A stretch of 64,000 nucleotides of DNA from Octopus vulgaris (GCA_951406725.2 OX597820.1:38998001-39062000), one strand, 5' to 3'; counted from the first letter of the stretch, positions 41,860 through 55,703 are shown. Numbers and translations: made by a program. The notes: generated by a model from the sequence alone, not told the origin.

Positions 41860-42352
41860 CCAATCATGAACAACCAAGGAAAGAGAAGAAACACTACTTT
41901 TCATGGAATTACATGGTCGAAACGAACAATCTAAAGGCCCAGGAAGCATCATAGATGTGACTCAGCACTGGTGAACTTTGAAAAGAGCAGTGAAAACGTA
42001 ATCATCGCTGCCTTGGACTACGAATTGAATGTGAAAGATGATATATACCAAATGTGTGCAACGAATATCTGCAGAATGTGGGAAGATCGTTAGCGCCAGT
42101 CAACCTCTTGCAAAGAAAGCCGTATAGTAGAATTCCACGACATAGTAGCGCTCAATCTTTACTGGCTACTAGGCAGGAAGTATGAATTTTATTTAACGGT
42201 CGCTTGGTACTAACCGGAAAATGCAGTAGACGAAAACGGTAAGACAAAGATCCTCTGGAACTTTGACTTCCATACAGACAAGGCGTTAGAGCACCGGAGA
42301 TCGGATATAGCCTTTAAGAGGCGCCAGCAAGAGTGTTAAATAATTGTCGTTA
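41860..42352 (+). pseudogene. Decayed Dong/R4-like LINE C-terminal (REL endonuclease) fragment
   Basis: ELHG.., ENGKTKILWNFDFHTDKALEHRRSDIA, similar to the 53514-53900 domain. Confidence 0.7.
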
Positions 42353-42435
42353 TACTGTTCTGTATTTAAGAAATGAGGAATTATGCACCTTATTTAAATG
42401 TGGCGTATATTTGTCCTCATCTTGTTTTTTGTTAG

Positions 42436-42475
42436 CACAACGTTTCGGCTGATACCCTCCAGCCTTCATCAGGTG
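42436..42475 (-). ncRNA. Type I minimal hammerhead
   Basis: cac-CTGATGA-a-ggctg-gagggtat-cagcc-GAAA-c-GTT|gtg with palindromic helix III AACGTT. Confidence 0.8.
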
Positions 42476-42665
42476 TCTTGGTGAAATTTCCAACCTGGGT
42501 TCTCATTCCTAATGTATTTTCCGATGTTATTATCATTATAATCATCATCATCATCATCATCATTATTATTATTATCATTATTATTATGCCTGGAATTGAA
42601 CTCACAAGCTTGAGGTTAGTAGCATATGGTGTAGTGGTTAAGAGCGTGGGCTACTAACCCCAAGA

Positions 42666-42707
42666 TACCCGATGAAGGCTGGAGAGTATATCAGCTGAAA
42701 CGTTGCG
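42666..42707 (+). ncRNA. Type I minimal hammerhead (diverged copy)
   Basis: tac-CCGATGA-a-ggctg-gagagtatat-cagct-GAAA-c-GTT|gcg. Helix I is weakened. Confidence 0.6.
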
Positions 42708-42789
42708 TTAACAACAAACACGATGTGGACAAATATCCGTCAAATGTAAATAATGTAAATTGACATTATTATTATCATTATTATTATTA

Positions 42790-43040
42790 AGATTCAAATT
42801 CCGCTGAGATCGACTTTGCTTTCATCCTTTCGGAGTCGATAAATTAAGTACCTGTCACGTACTGGGGTCTATCTAATCGACTGAATCTCCTCCCCAAAAC
42901 TTTCGAGCCTTGTGCGTAAAGTAGGAAAGATTATTGTTATTAAGATGGCCAGCTGGCAGAATCGTTAGCATAACGAACAAAATACATAGTGGTATTTCTT
43001 CTGTTTCCTTACGTTCAAATTCCAACGTCGTCAACTTTAC
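42790..43040 (+). mobile_element. Meta-domain SINE fragments
   Basis: TTCAAATTCCGCTGAGATCGACTTTGCTTTCATCCTTTCGGAGTCGATAAATTAAGTACC, plus a second head near 42945. Confidence 0.8.
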
Positions 43041-43777
43041 GCGTTCGCCTCCCGGGTGTTTCGACCCGCACAGTTCCTCCGAAGGTACTCTTCACCGAGT
43101 ATCCATTAATAATTATACTAATAAACATTAGAGGTGAATTGAGTAATCTTTCTGTCCTTGATAATCAAGAGTTCGAATCTTATCAATAAAATATTTCGAA
43201 CAATTCAGATTTTGTGAGATTATATCGAACCCAGCGCTCAATAAACACTTATTTTATCGACCCCTAATATGTAAAAGACAAACTCTGACGTAAAGATGCG
43301 CAGTAAGAAATTTCAAATAACAAGGGAACATTTTAATCAATTTGAATTTCGAGATTATCTGACTTGTCATTTCTGTCAAATGCTTTTTTTTTTTATCAGC
43401 ATTATTGAATTTTCCAGTTATTACGTGTATAATTTCAATTGATTAATATTTTTGGCTCGCCACATCAAGTATACTAACCCATAATTAAGCTCTTACATTG
43501 AGTAGAGGATAAATATCTCATATTCCCAATTATCTGGTGCCACTAACTATAGAAGCAGCACAGTATATCGTATTTATCGTTATACAGGCAGACAATAATG
43601 ACCTGTAATTAAGCACATTTATTTCCTTATTTCCTATTTATCTACACCAATTATTATTGCTGCGTAATTTTGCATCATTCCCGATGCTCTAATTATTAGG
43701 TTTTGTAGCCGAGGAAGGAATAGGCGTTGACTGAATGTAATGATTCAGGTTTATAACTCGCTGCAATCCTGAAGATA

Positions 43778-45056
43778 CGTGGAGGTACCCAAAAGAAACC
43801 GGAATTTTGCAACATTATTTTATTCACTCAGGTTTACATGTTTACATTTTTATCGCCTTCAAAGTATTCTCTATTTCAAGCAATGTATTAGTCCAGACGC
43901 GTTTTCCACTGTTCGGAGCACTCCTGGTACTCTTGAAAAACGATGTCTGTTACGGTCTCTGTCGTTCTTTGTTCTTCACCTCTCCCACATCTGTCAAAAG
44001 TTTTCCTTTAGGGACATTTTTCATTCGAAGTAACAAAAGAAACGTTGCAGGGGTAAGATCGGGCGAAGGGGGAGAGTAAGTAAACGGGGGCCAGACCATT
44101 TCTGGTCAAAATCTGTCTCACACTCAAGGCAATGTGCGAAGGTGCACTGTCGTGATGAAACCACCACTTCCCTCTTTACCGCTGGTCAGGGCGCTTTCGT
44201 CGCGCCATGTCTTGCAAACGCTTCACAATTGCCACAAGTAAAAAGTCTGGGTAACAGTTTGACCAGGAGAAACAAATATTGTGTGGACAATTCTTTTCGC
44301 ATCGATTAAACAAATCAACATCGTCTTGACACTGAATAAAATTTTATGCACTATTGAGGGGCGTGGTAACATTAACTGCCTCCATTGACTTGATTGCTGC
44401 TTCGTTTCTCGGTCGTAGCCGTAGCACTAGCTTTTATCACGAGTGATAACTTTCAAAATAAGGATCAACTTCTAGCTACTCTTTCAGTTCATGACACGCA
44501 TTCAGTCGTAACTAATTTTGATCTTCCATGAGCAAGCGAGGCAGAGATTTTACGACGACTCTTTTCATTTGCAATTCTTCGTTCAAAATTCGTTAGGAGC
44601 TCCAGGATACAAAAGTCATATCAACATGTTCGTCAATTGTTCAGTGACGGTCCTCCAAGATCAGTTCATAAATTTCGTGATGTTTTCATTCATTCGGAAG
44701 GTCGACGGTGGCCCTGAACATGGTTCATCTTCAAGCAACAAGTAACCATTCCTAAAATGTGAAAACCACTCGTAAAATTTGTGTTTTGCTCATGGCAACG
44801 TTCTTGAAGCATGAAGACTGTTTCGGTCGCCTTTTCCGCAGCAGAAAAGAGAATTTTACAGAAGCATACAGTTTCTTCGTTTCAGCCATCGCAAAATTCG
44901 ACGAACAGAGGAGAAGCGTTGCAAAGCAAAGACATACACATGACAGTACGACTTTAATCGACGACACCGGTGGGAAGAGGGTCGCATCAAGTGACTTCTA
45001 GCGGTGGAAACCTGAACTACAGCAAACGTCTCCAGTTAATTTTGAGTAACCCCTCG
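43778..45056 (-). mobile_element. Full-length decayed mariner element (1279 bp)
   Basis: TA|CGTGGAGGTACCCAAAAGAAACCGGA versus right-end reverse complement TA|CGAGGGGTTACTCAAAATTAACTGGA. Transposase remnants MAETKKLYASVKFSFLL, LEDEPCSGPPST and SPDLTP. Confidence 0.85.
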
Positions 45057-46996
45057 TATTAGAGAAATCAGAAACTGAAACTTTACGCTAGACATACGAA
45101 GTAATAGCAATTTGGTGTTTTTTTTCTTTTTGGCTTTATCAGGAGAGTTGCTTTGAAATAATTGCCTATTTCAGTTAAACCCATGTTTGTAAATCATTTA
45201 CACATTTGTAAGTTCAGATATAAGTCTTATTTATAAATATACAGTATTTCAAATGCGTTTCCTTAAAACTGTCAAATTCGATTTTAATCTTATTAGTTTT
45301 AGAATTTTTCAAAAATATTTAAATGTTACTAAATTTAAAATACATTTTGTGTTTTTTTGAAAAAAATGGTTTCTTGTTTCGACACGAAGCCAGCAGTTTT
45401 GAAAGAAGGGAATTAGAGAACACCCTCGACTTAACTGGAATTTTTATCAAGGAAAGATGCAAGTTACTCTAGGTGGATTTTGGATTCAGAACGTAAAGAC
45501 CTAGAACAGATACATTGTATTTCAAATCACTCTGTTAAAATTGTTTGAAATATGTTATCGATAAGATTCGAATTCTGGCAAAGATAGAAGTATTTCTCAA
45601 TTCACCTATCATATTTATTTGTGCAATTATTGATAGGCGTTCGTAAACGGTCTAGCGTAGCTGATATACCTCTAAACCAATGTCATAGAAGAGTGAAGCT
45701 AGCAGTTATAATCAATGAAAGTATTGTGCAATGGTCCAAAAATTTGTTTATCTGTAGAGCTATCCTGTCCTGAATTATTTTTTTGTATATATAACTCGAA
45801 GACTATCTGCATTGAAATAAAATCAGTAAAAGATAGCTTCCGTTGGTGGATCGATTTGTTCAGAGAATTGTTTCTGAATATTTCCCATACGGTGAGGGAA
45901 GCAATTTTCATTTTTCTTAAACATTTCTGGTTGCATCATATAACCTAATGAGTTGTATAGACTTTTTATACATCCGAATAAAAAGATACAAGCTATTATC
46001 ATCTAAATGAGCAAACTGTTTTAATTCACGATACGCTTATTAATTTCATTAATTTAACAACTATTTTTTTTTTTATTTCCTTCAACTGTTTAAAATTAAT
46101 CATTCATTATTGAATGCAATATGTTGTGAACGGGAATGTTGAAACCGATGATAGAAAATAATTCAATTTTAATGCACATGTGTAAATACGGATGTGCGTT
46201 GTACGTATGCATGCGCGTGTGAGAAAGTTCATGCTTCATATGTTATTTAATAATACATCATTTAAATGTTTTAGATTCAAAACTCTCCAAATGATTTCAG
46301 TAAATATATAATTTCAAGCAGAAAAACATTTTTCCTGGTGTCAACGTTTATTTCAATTAAATTTTTCGAAACTGTACAATTTTCTGTGAATCATAAACTT
46401 TCACTTTATCAGTCTATAACGCCTCAGTCAGATCGTATTCCGTTTTAATAGAAATTACCGTTAATTTTAGCCTTCACAGAATTGGTATTTGATTTGATTT
46501 TCGGATCACAATTATTTTCGCTTTTTTTTTTCCTACGAATCACTCGAACAGCAGATCTCCACTTGAGAGTGAATTTTAAATGATAATAACGATAATTACA
46601 TTAATCATTATAAAGGCAGTCTTAATAGAATGCTCACAAAAACATGGTATGCAACAAATTGACATCCACAACGCTGGAAAAGGTAAGATAAGGAGATTAG
46701 CATTTAGTCATAACGATAACTGCAACTATTGTAATAATGATGATAAATATTTTTGACATTGGTATAAAGCTTGTAATTATACAGGGAGAGAAAAGTCCAT
46801 TATATCGAAAGTAGCATTTGAATAGTACGGATTCCCGGAAGTCGATTCCATTGTGATTCGTACATAAAATATAATTAGGTGGGGACTATAACGTGTCTTT
46901 CATCTACCGCTCCTAATGACGAACTAATTAAGAATATATCTATTCATACAAAGACATATAAATATATACATTTGCGTGTGTGTGTGTATACATATA

Positions 46997-47395
46997 CTTT
47001 TCTACTCTAGGCACAAGGCCTGAAATTTTGGGAGAGTGGGCCAGTCGATTAGATCCATCCCAGTACTTGACTGGTACTTAATTTATCGACCCCAAAAGGA
47101 TGAAAGGCAAAGTTGACATCGCCGGAATTTCAAAATCAGAACGTAAAAACAGACGAAATACCTATTTCTTTACTACCCACAAGGAGCTAAACACAGAGGG
47201 GACAAACAAGGACAGACAAACGGATTAAGTCGATTATATCGACTTCAGTGCGTAACTGGTACTTAATGTATCGACCCCGAAAGGATGAAATGCAAAGTCG
47301 ACCTCGGCGGAATTTGAACTCAGAACGTAACGGCAGACGAAAGACCACTAAGCACATCGCCCGGCGTGCTAAGGTTTCTCCAAGCTCGCCGCTTT
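46997..47395 (-). mobile_element. Meta-domain SINE dimer
   Basis: Two cores (ATCGACCCC.AAAGGATGAAA.GCAAAGT); head ends at CTCGCCGC. Confidence 0.85.
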
Positions 47396-50300
47396 GTTGA
47401 CCAGGTAATAATATCAACTGACGTATTGCCTCCTTACCCTAGACGCAAAGTACAATTCCTCTCAGGACAGGCTATATGGCGTTTTCCATTGAACTTAGAT
47501 ACGGCAAGTTTATAAATGAGGTTCGAATGCTTTTGGATAAAATATACAAATTATTGATTGCCATGAAATAATAAAGTAAAGTTACTTCCCGAATCACACA
47601 AACTCAAAAAGGCCGGTTTCCCGGTTTCCATGTAGTAAAGACATGCCAAAATTCTTTAGAATTGGTGATAAGAATGTACAAAAATGGCAAGCAATATTGG
47701 GAAGGAGAAATTGTAACATACATAGGAAGAATGATGTACTGTGTAAGAAGCAGAAATGAAATGGAAAGGTGACATAGAAATCAGTTTCAGGAAAGGGTCA
47801 TAGAAAAGGAATCAATGAGAGTAGAAATGCCTAAGCCATTGGCTATATGGCACTTTTCCCATTCCAACACTGTTACAAGAAGTCGAATTCACACCAACTA
47901 GGAAAAGGAAAAACACTTAAGTCCTAATGGTAGACCCTAAAATATAAGATAAGAAAAGATATTGAGTATTTATATATATAAGAAAGGAGGGGATGGGTAA
48001 ATAAAAAAATTGATTGTTAAATAAAACAATTAAAAAGGAAGATGTATTGTGAAATTGTATACCCCTCCAGGTAAAATGTGGTGGGAGTGGGCCATTATAA
48101 ATAGACCAGTAGACGGTCAAGAGAGTGTCGAGATTCGACAGTTCTAGTCGTCGTCTTGGGCAGCTATCAGCGATAGTAAGACAGATATCAGTGTATTACT
48201 ATTCCGGTACGAAAAGATACAACGGTATCCGATGACTAGTAACTATTGTGGATACTAGCGTAAAAAAGCAAGTACATCACACCAGTGGAAGGAACCCACT
48301 TTACAACTTATATCTAGATAAATATTTACTGCATAACTTTAATGATAATTAGAAGGTGTTATGTTATAGTTAAAGGGACATACTACAGTATAACAATTTT
48401 TGTGTGAATGTTATTCAGAACTAGTTTGAACTCCTCAATAAGTTTTCAATAAATTGATGACAGCATGCTTTCAAATAGTTTCTTACAGAGACCTGACTCC
48501 TATTATGATACATTGGAGTGCTGGCTTTATGTATAGTTGAGATCTAATCAGAAATTAGCAAGATAACGACTGACTCGAAATAAACACCATCAACCGCCAA
48601 CACCATCAACAACAACACCACCACCACAAAACAACACTCGTGGTACGTCATATGGCCTGGTCTTTTTTCTCTGACATAGACCTAAAACAGACTATTTCTT
48701 CTCCACACATTTTCTTTATATCTATTCCAGTATTTCTGCTGATAGACAATTCTTATATTCTTCGGCGACTAGAAATATCTTCCGATGGGTTATCAGCAAA
48801 TGGTTTGGTGGAAACGATCACTCGATTATTTCAACCCCACTGATACATAACTTCAGCTCTTGTAGGACGAACAAGAAATTCAATCTTTCTCGGTGGTCGA
48901 ACTCGAGATTTAAAAGCTTTTTAAAAATATTACCGTAAAGTATTTCATCCGATACGCTATCTAGTGTGCCAATCTATCAATCTCCTTCTTAGTTTTCAAC
49001 CGGCGTGTATATGACCCTCGATTTTCTATATAACATTTTGCTGTTAAAATGTATCTGCAACACAAACTATTATAACACTTTTTAAATACAATTCCTTATA
49101 TTTCATTATAAAAATATACTAGAAATTTTTGAACACCGAATGGCTATGAGGATACATCCGTTTAAAATCGATAGCGTTCCATAGGTAGAAAGTTGTTGAG
49201 ACCAAATATTCTAAAGTATTGATTACTAGCGTGTGCATGAGGATGGGTATGGTCGATTCCAGTAATTCACTTGTATATATTTTATCATCCCTAGAAAAAT
49301 GAAAGTTAAAGCCAATTTTAGCAGCGATGGATCGCAGAATGTAAAGAGACATAATTAAATATTAATGTATTTTGTTCGTCGCACAAAAGATTCTCTCAGT
49401 CTACTGCCACAATATTAACTTTTTGTCAAAACCAATTGGAGTTTAACAGTGACAACTGGTAAAATTTGAAATCAGATCGTAGAGCATCGAAATTACATAA
49501 CATAATTTCTACCATTTCTACCTACTTACTATTCTTCTTTAACAAGCCAGATAATAAGGCTACAAACGCATGCTCATTCATGTTATCGATTTTAAGTTTA
49601 CATTGTATGGAAGAATATTCGTTGACTCGCAGCAAGTACTCACCTAAGATTTTGTCTACTGCTTTTCACTAATTGATGCCGTTCTTAGATGTCGTCTATT
49701 GCATCTCACTAATTGTTATCGACTAAGATGTTGTCTACAATACTTCATTAATTTATACTGTTCATGAATAGCTTCTGTCACGTTTGAACAAAAAAAGCAA
49801 ACAAGGAAAAAAGATCAGGTAGAGATTGTTCTGTATAGAAACAAATGAATAGTTTAGTGGGGAACCAGTTTGTTAAGCTAGTAATACACTAGCCTAGTTA
49901 GTGTATAGTGATTTAGTATTTGAATAAATGAATGGGTTATTCGTATTTTTGTTGTGGGAATAGATATAAAAAACAAACAGAAACTTAATGAAAATATCCA
50001 CAATACGTATTAAGTCATATGCAATCAAGTACAATGTATACTCACTAGACAGTCTCTGTGTCCAAACGAGCGCATGGAGAATCATGGTTGCAGCTCACGA
50101 GTATATGTTTTAAACGTATTGTCTAACATCACACTAAATCAGAACTAGTAGTGAAAAGCTAAATTCTCTAGTGTAGTTAATCAATTGCTGTACTATCTTG
50201 GTCACGTCCAGCGCACATAACGTAGGTAAAATATTGATAAATATACTGAATAGAAGCTTTCAAGAACAAAAACAACAACGTATTGTCGCAGATTTGTTAT

Positions 50301-51109
50301 GTGGAATAATGACACAATTACTGCATAATAACATCCTAGAAAACACATAGAAGGATCGATCGACTGATGTTATTGATGTTGTTGCTGTTGTGATTTTTGT
50401 TCTCTGTTGTTTATTAATAAATATAGTTCAGACACTTAGATAGAGTTTGAAGCACCTGAAGTTAAACTTCTGCGGAGAATAAAAAGAATTATTGTGCTAA
50501 AGTCATTTAGTATCTTGAAACAACTATTAATAGACTATAGTACACTATAGTAAAACAAACATTGAAGCCGTAGTCCTAGAATGTACAATGAAATTCATAT
50601 CAATGGACACCTTTTTATATGAAGCTTTGTAAAGGAACGAGTGTCCACGAAAAATAAAAATTCCATCAATGGATGGTCAATACAAAGGTGGTAAGGTGCA
50701 GACGGTACTGATGCTAGACCATTTGAACGATTAAATGGTTACGACAAACGTTCCTCACTCCAAATATCAGACCAGGTATATAGTGGGCCACAAACAGACC
50801 AATAAGGAGCGCCTTGTAAACAATAGCTTTAAGGCAAACCATGCTACGAACGAGAAGGAAAGATTTTATTAGCCAGGTAACGAATAAAGGGGCAAAACGC
50901 CGCAATATGGAGCTGGTGCAATGAAATCAATAGGGTTAGTGCATTGCTGGAGAGAAAATTATGGCTAGGTACAAAGTAGGATGGAAAGAACATTGGTCAT
51001 GGTACAACGATCGCAACAAATAATAGAATATGATAGTATATATTTTGATGAATAAACGCTTTTCGTATGTAATTTATTTGAACTATTATTTAATGAGTGA
51101 CGTACGAAA

Positions 51110-51347
51110 ATACATATTTCTTTATTGCCCACAAGGGGCTAAACACAGAGAGGAAAAACAAGGACAGACAAATGGATGAAGTCGATTATATCGACCCCAG
51201 TGCGTAACTGGTACTTAATTTATCGACCCCGAGAGGATGAAAGGCAAAGTCGACCTCGGCGGAATTTGAACTTGGAACGTAGCGGCATACGAAATACCGC
51301 TAAGCATTTCGCCCGGCGTGCTAACGATTCTGCAACTTCGCCGCCTT
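51110..51347 (-). mobile_element. Meta-domain SINE
   Basis: ATCGACCCCGAGAGGATGAAAGGCAAAGTCGACCTCGGCGGAATTTGAAC...TCGCCGCCTT. Confidence 0.9.
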
Positions 51348-52264
51348 TTGACATACGAAAATTTCTTTGATTCATCCTAGCATGTCATACCTATGTAAAT
51401 ATACATGTGGACAAGGCAGTAGACAAGGTTTAGTTACTTTTGCATAGAAAGATATTTTAAGCAATATGTTTAATATGCATATTTGAATCTGTGTGAAGTG
51501 TGGGTTGTAATGTAATCATGTGTGGCATTAGCTTCAATGTGATTTAATGTTTGACTGTGTTATTGGCACGTTTTCCCACTTATATCATCAGGCTATGTAT
51601 CGATGTAACTTGTGTGCATTTGTACATGCGTTAATTAATTAATTAATTATTTCCGGTGACGTCATTGCTTTATGAAAAGTTTTTTTTTTTTTTCACGTGC
51701 GATTTCAGTGGGAAAACAGCTTGGAAAATAACGCGTTATCAAATTTTTGCTTGTGTCTATTTATTTAATGCTGCTATAAAAAAAAAAGCTGTGGGGGAAG
51801 CTGGAATGGCTTCATACTGAAAGATTTATCGTTCACCAACTGAAAGTATATCATCACCACTATCATCATCATCATCACCATCATCATCACCACCACTATC
51901 ATCATCATCATCATCATCATCATCAACACCACCAACGACGGCAATAACAACAACAGCACCTGCAGCAGCATTATAATTGCAGCAGATTTATTATTGCATC
52001 ATTAGTATTGTCGTTGAGGTTATCAACTTCATCATCATCATCATCACCACCACCTTCAGCATTATCAGCACCACAACCACCATCATCACCACCACTACCA
52101 CTACCACTACAACATCCATCACCAACACCTCTACGGACACTGCATCCACCAGCAACACCATCAACGTTATCACGATCATCATCATCGTTATAGTCGTCAT
52201 CATCATCGTCACATTCGTCGTCATCATCATATTCGTTCATCATCATTATTATCATCATCATCAT

Positions 52265-52680
52265 TATTTTCAGTGACGCTTTCGCTCTAGCAGGTGTTTA
52301 TACCGACACTATATCAAACGATCGAGCCATATCAAATGACCAAATGTCCTTTGGGATATTCGTACTCCTCCAACTTTTTAATACCCCGTTCAGGGACCCT
52401 ACCCTTCCTAACAACGCTGTTTTCTGCAACAACCCCATTCTAATGGTAATTCCTAGCTTCTCAAACCATACATCCACCCTTTTACTATATAATCCCAGCA
52501 CGCCGATCACAATCGGTGCCAATTCCTTAGTGCCTGATTCCTCATAGTTTCCTGATTTCCCACCTGAATTCCTGATATTTCTCCAATTTCTCCGTTTCCA
52601 TCTCATTCGCATTCGGGTCCCACAGTGCAGCAATATTCACACTTCACAATAACTGCTGTGTTCTTTTCTATGACACAAGC
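52265..52680 (-). pseudogene. 3' end of a REL-endonuclease LINE (Dong/R4-like)
   Basis: PIVIGVLGLYSKRVDVWFEKLGITIRMGLLQKTALLG resembles the C-terminus PVVIGALG..IQKIVLMG. Confidence 0.75.
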
Positions 52681-53181
52681 GGCGCCTGCACAACTGGATT
52701 CACAGCACCACCCGAAGCAGCATTATATAATTGAAGCTGCATTATAATTGCGTAATTACTACTGTCATTGAGATTATCAACCTCATCATTATCATCACTA
52801 CCAACATTAACACAACCTCAATCACCACTGTCTCCACCGACACCGCCGCTACTATCACCATCGTCGTCGACATCATCATCATCATTATCATCATCATTGT
52901 CATCGTCATCATCATCATCATTATTATCATCATCATTATCATGATGATGTTTATTATTATTATTTATGGGTTTTTCTTCTTCTTTCAAATTTCCTTCCAT
53001 TTCTTGCCGAGTGTCTTCCCGACACCTAGGGCAAAGAAACTCATAGCATACATTGGTGGGCCATTAACTCACTAGTTAAATTAAAATACATGGGTAGCAA
53101 TATTTCTCACATCGACAATGCTCTTCTCAATACGTGTGATGTACCAGTTAAGACAATCCAGTTATTATTATTATTATTATA

Positions 53182-53214
<33 letters not shown>

Positions 53215-53258
53215 GTTGTTGTTGTTGTTGTTGTTATTATTACTATCATTATTATTAA

Positions 53259-53319
<61 letters not shown>

Positions 53320-53320
<1 letters not shown>

Positions 53321-55703
53321 TATGTTTGACTTTTGCTTTATGTCTGTACAAGTTGGCTCCAAGTCTCACCGAGAGACCTCAAGAGACAACAGGTTGGAAG
53401 TTCATGTTGTTGTTATGCCTAGTGTGCCATATATTTGGGGGGTTTTTTTGGTGCTGTACTAGTGAATGTCTAATAAATACATTTTTTAAAATAGTTTCTT
53501 TTAAACCTTGGGATTACATAGAGAGTATTTTGCGTAGGATATGAGCAGTTCCCATGAGCACTATCTTTTGAATTTCTGCCCTTTTGGGGTTTCCTGGTAT
53601 CTGAGTTAGGTAGCAATCAGCCCCTTTCGCTATCATTCCCAGGGCACCTATGACAACAGGTATTGTTTTAGTCTTCAGGTTCCACATTTTGCTGATTTCT
53701 ATTTCAAGATCTTTATATTTGCTCAGTTTTTGGTAGGTCTTGACAAATACGTTTATATCGATTGGGACAGTCATATCAATGAGGAGGCATGTTCTTTGTC
53801 TGAAGTCTTTCAATATGATGTCTCGCCTATTTGCATCTATCTTTCTGTCAGTTTGAATGGTGATGTTCCAGAGGAGTGAGATGAGGTCATTTTCAAGCAC
53901 TGGAGGTGGATTGTGTTCCTACCAGTTTTTTTCATGGGGCAAATCCAGGTTTTTGCAAATTACCCAGTGAATATATTGTGCAGCTCTATCATGCCTGTTG
54001 AGGTACTCTGTAGACGCTAGAGGACTGCATTTGGAGACAACATGATCAATGATTTCATTTTGTTGTCGGCATGCACGACATGTTGGGCTACTGCCGTTCT
54101 TTAATATGTTGGCCTGGTAGTTTCTTGTTGGTAGGCATTGATCTTGAGCTGCTATGATAAACCCTTCTGTTTCAGATTTTAAGCCAGAGGCCATTAGCCA
54201 TTGATGGGTCAGGGCTTTGTCAATATCTGCATTATTCGCTCTCTTTGGGTATTTGCCATAGAGAGGTTTTTCTTGCCATTTATTATTCAGAATATCTAAG
54301 GCCGCGGTTTTGGCACGGGTTTTAATGCGACTAGCTTTTTCTGTACTTGTTTCTTGTATGTCTATCTCTAATTCCGAAATTTGTTGTATTCGGAATTCAC
54401 TTAGATATTCCTTTGCCTGTTTTGTGACTGAGTATGATGCTTTCTTGTTTTCATGTTTTGAGACAAGTTTTAACATCCAGTCCTCAGACTTTTTCAGGTA
54501 GGTGTCTAGGGCAATTGTAGCAATCTTCATTGTGACTGCCAGTTGTAAAAGACCACGGCCTCCCTCTTTTCTTGGCAGATAAAGTCGTTCTGTATCTGCC
54601 TTAGGGTGGTGCATTCTATGCATCGTCAACAGTTTTCGTATTTTTCTGTCGAGCTGACATATTTCAGTAAGTGACCAGTTAACGATATTGAAACTGTAAG
54701 TCACGACTGGTATGGCTAATGCATTGATCGCTTCGATCCTGTTTCTTGCATTCAGCTCTGTCTTGAGTATTGCTCTCATTCTTCGATAACATTCTCTCCT
54801 GATCCTTTCCTTCATCTCTGAATACCTTATTCCGTTCCCTTCAATTACCCCTAGGTACTTGTAGCTCTCCGCTGGGTCTAGTTCTTTTATGACATTCTGC
54901 TGGTCAAGGTTAACGTTAGATGTTTCTGTCATTTTCCCTTTGATAAAGGTAGCTTTTGCACATTTATCGAGGCCGAATTGCATTCTGATGTCGTCACTTA
55001 ATTTTTGGACTATCGCTAGTAAGCCCTTGAGTTGTTGGTCATTTTTTGCAAAAAGCTTTAAATCATCCATATAAATGAGATGATTTATATTTTTATCAAA
55101 CATTTTATAACCGTACTGCGTGTCATCGAGCAGTTTTGAGAGATGTATTAAGGCTAAACAAAAGAGGAGTGGTGACAGTGAGTCACCCTGGAAAATGCCA
55201 CATGAAATTTTTACATCACCAGCATTTAGGAATTCATTGTCACTGTTCAGAGTTAGTGTGGTTCTCCATGATCTCATACTTACAGTCAAAAAGTTTCGCA
55301 GAGTAGGTGCTATCTTATACATTTCCAGGCATTTCCTAATCCAGCTATGTGGTAGGCTATCAAAAGCCTTTTTATAGTCTATCCAGGCTATTGATAAGTT
55401 TTTGTGTCGTTTGTGACAATCTTCTAAGATCATCTTATTGATGAGTAGTTGATCTTTGCAGCCGTAGGATCCACGTTTACATCCTTTCTGTTCATTAGGG
55501 AATATGCTGCTGTCTGTTAAAAAACTATAAGTATATTCCGTCAGGACAGATGTTAGCGTTTTATACATAGTTGTTAAGCAGGTAATGGGTCTATAGTTTT
55601 TTGGTTCATTTTTGGAAGCAGGAATGTTAACCCATTAACTAGCCAAGGAGGCATCCTACTAGGGTGTTGCAAAACATCATTGTACAGTTCTGTTAGCAGT
55701 TCA

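Larger units (their letters stand above)
42353..42762. mobile_element. Head-to-head pair of a tRNA-headed, hammerhead-containing element
   Basis: Minus copy: B-box GAGTTCAATTCC, (AAT)n, hammerhead at 42475-42436, tail. Plus copy: A-box TGGTGTAGTGGTTAAGAGCG, hammerhead at 42666-42707, same tail. Confidence 0.8.

Noticed and set aside
42621-42665. tRNA gene
   Set aside because: Only the 5' half is present and it is fused to a repeat body, so it is a SINE-type head.
47712-48304. Possible solo LTR (TG...CA, TATA-like TATAAATAG)
   Set aside because: No target-site duplication, PBS or second copy visible.
50706-50755. Hammerhead-like CTGATGC-hairpin-GACAAACGTT
   Set aside because: Both core strands are altered and helix I does not pair.
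51562-51595. Minus-strand CTGATGA..GAAAACGT
   Set aside because: No NUH cleavage site or helix I.
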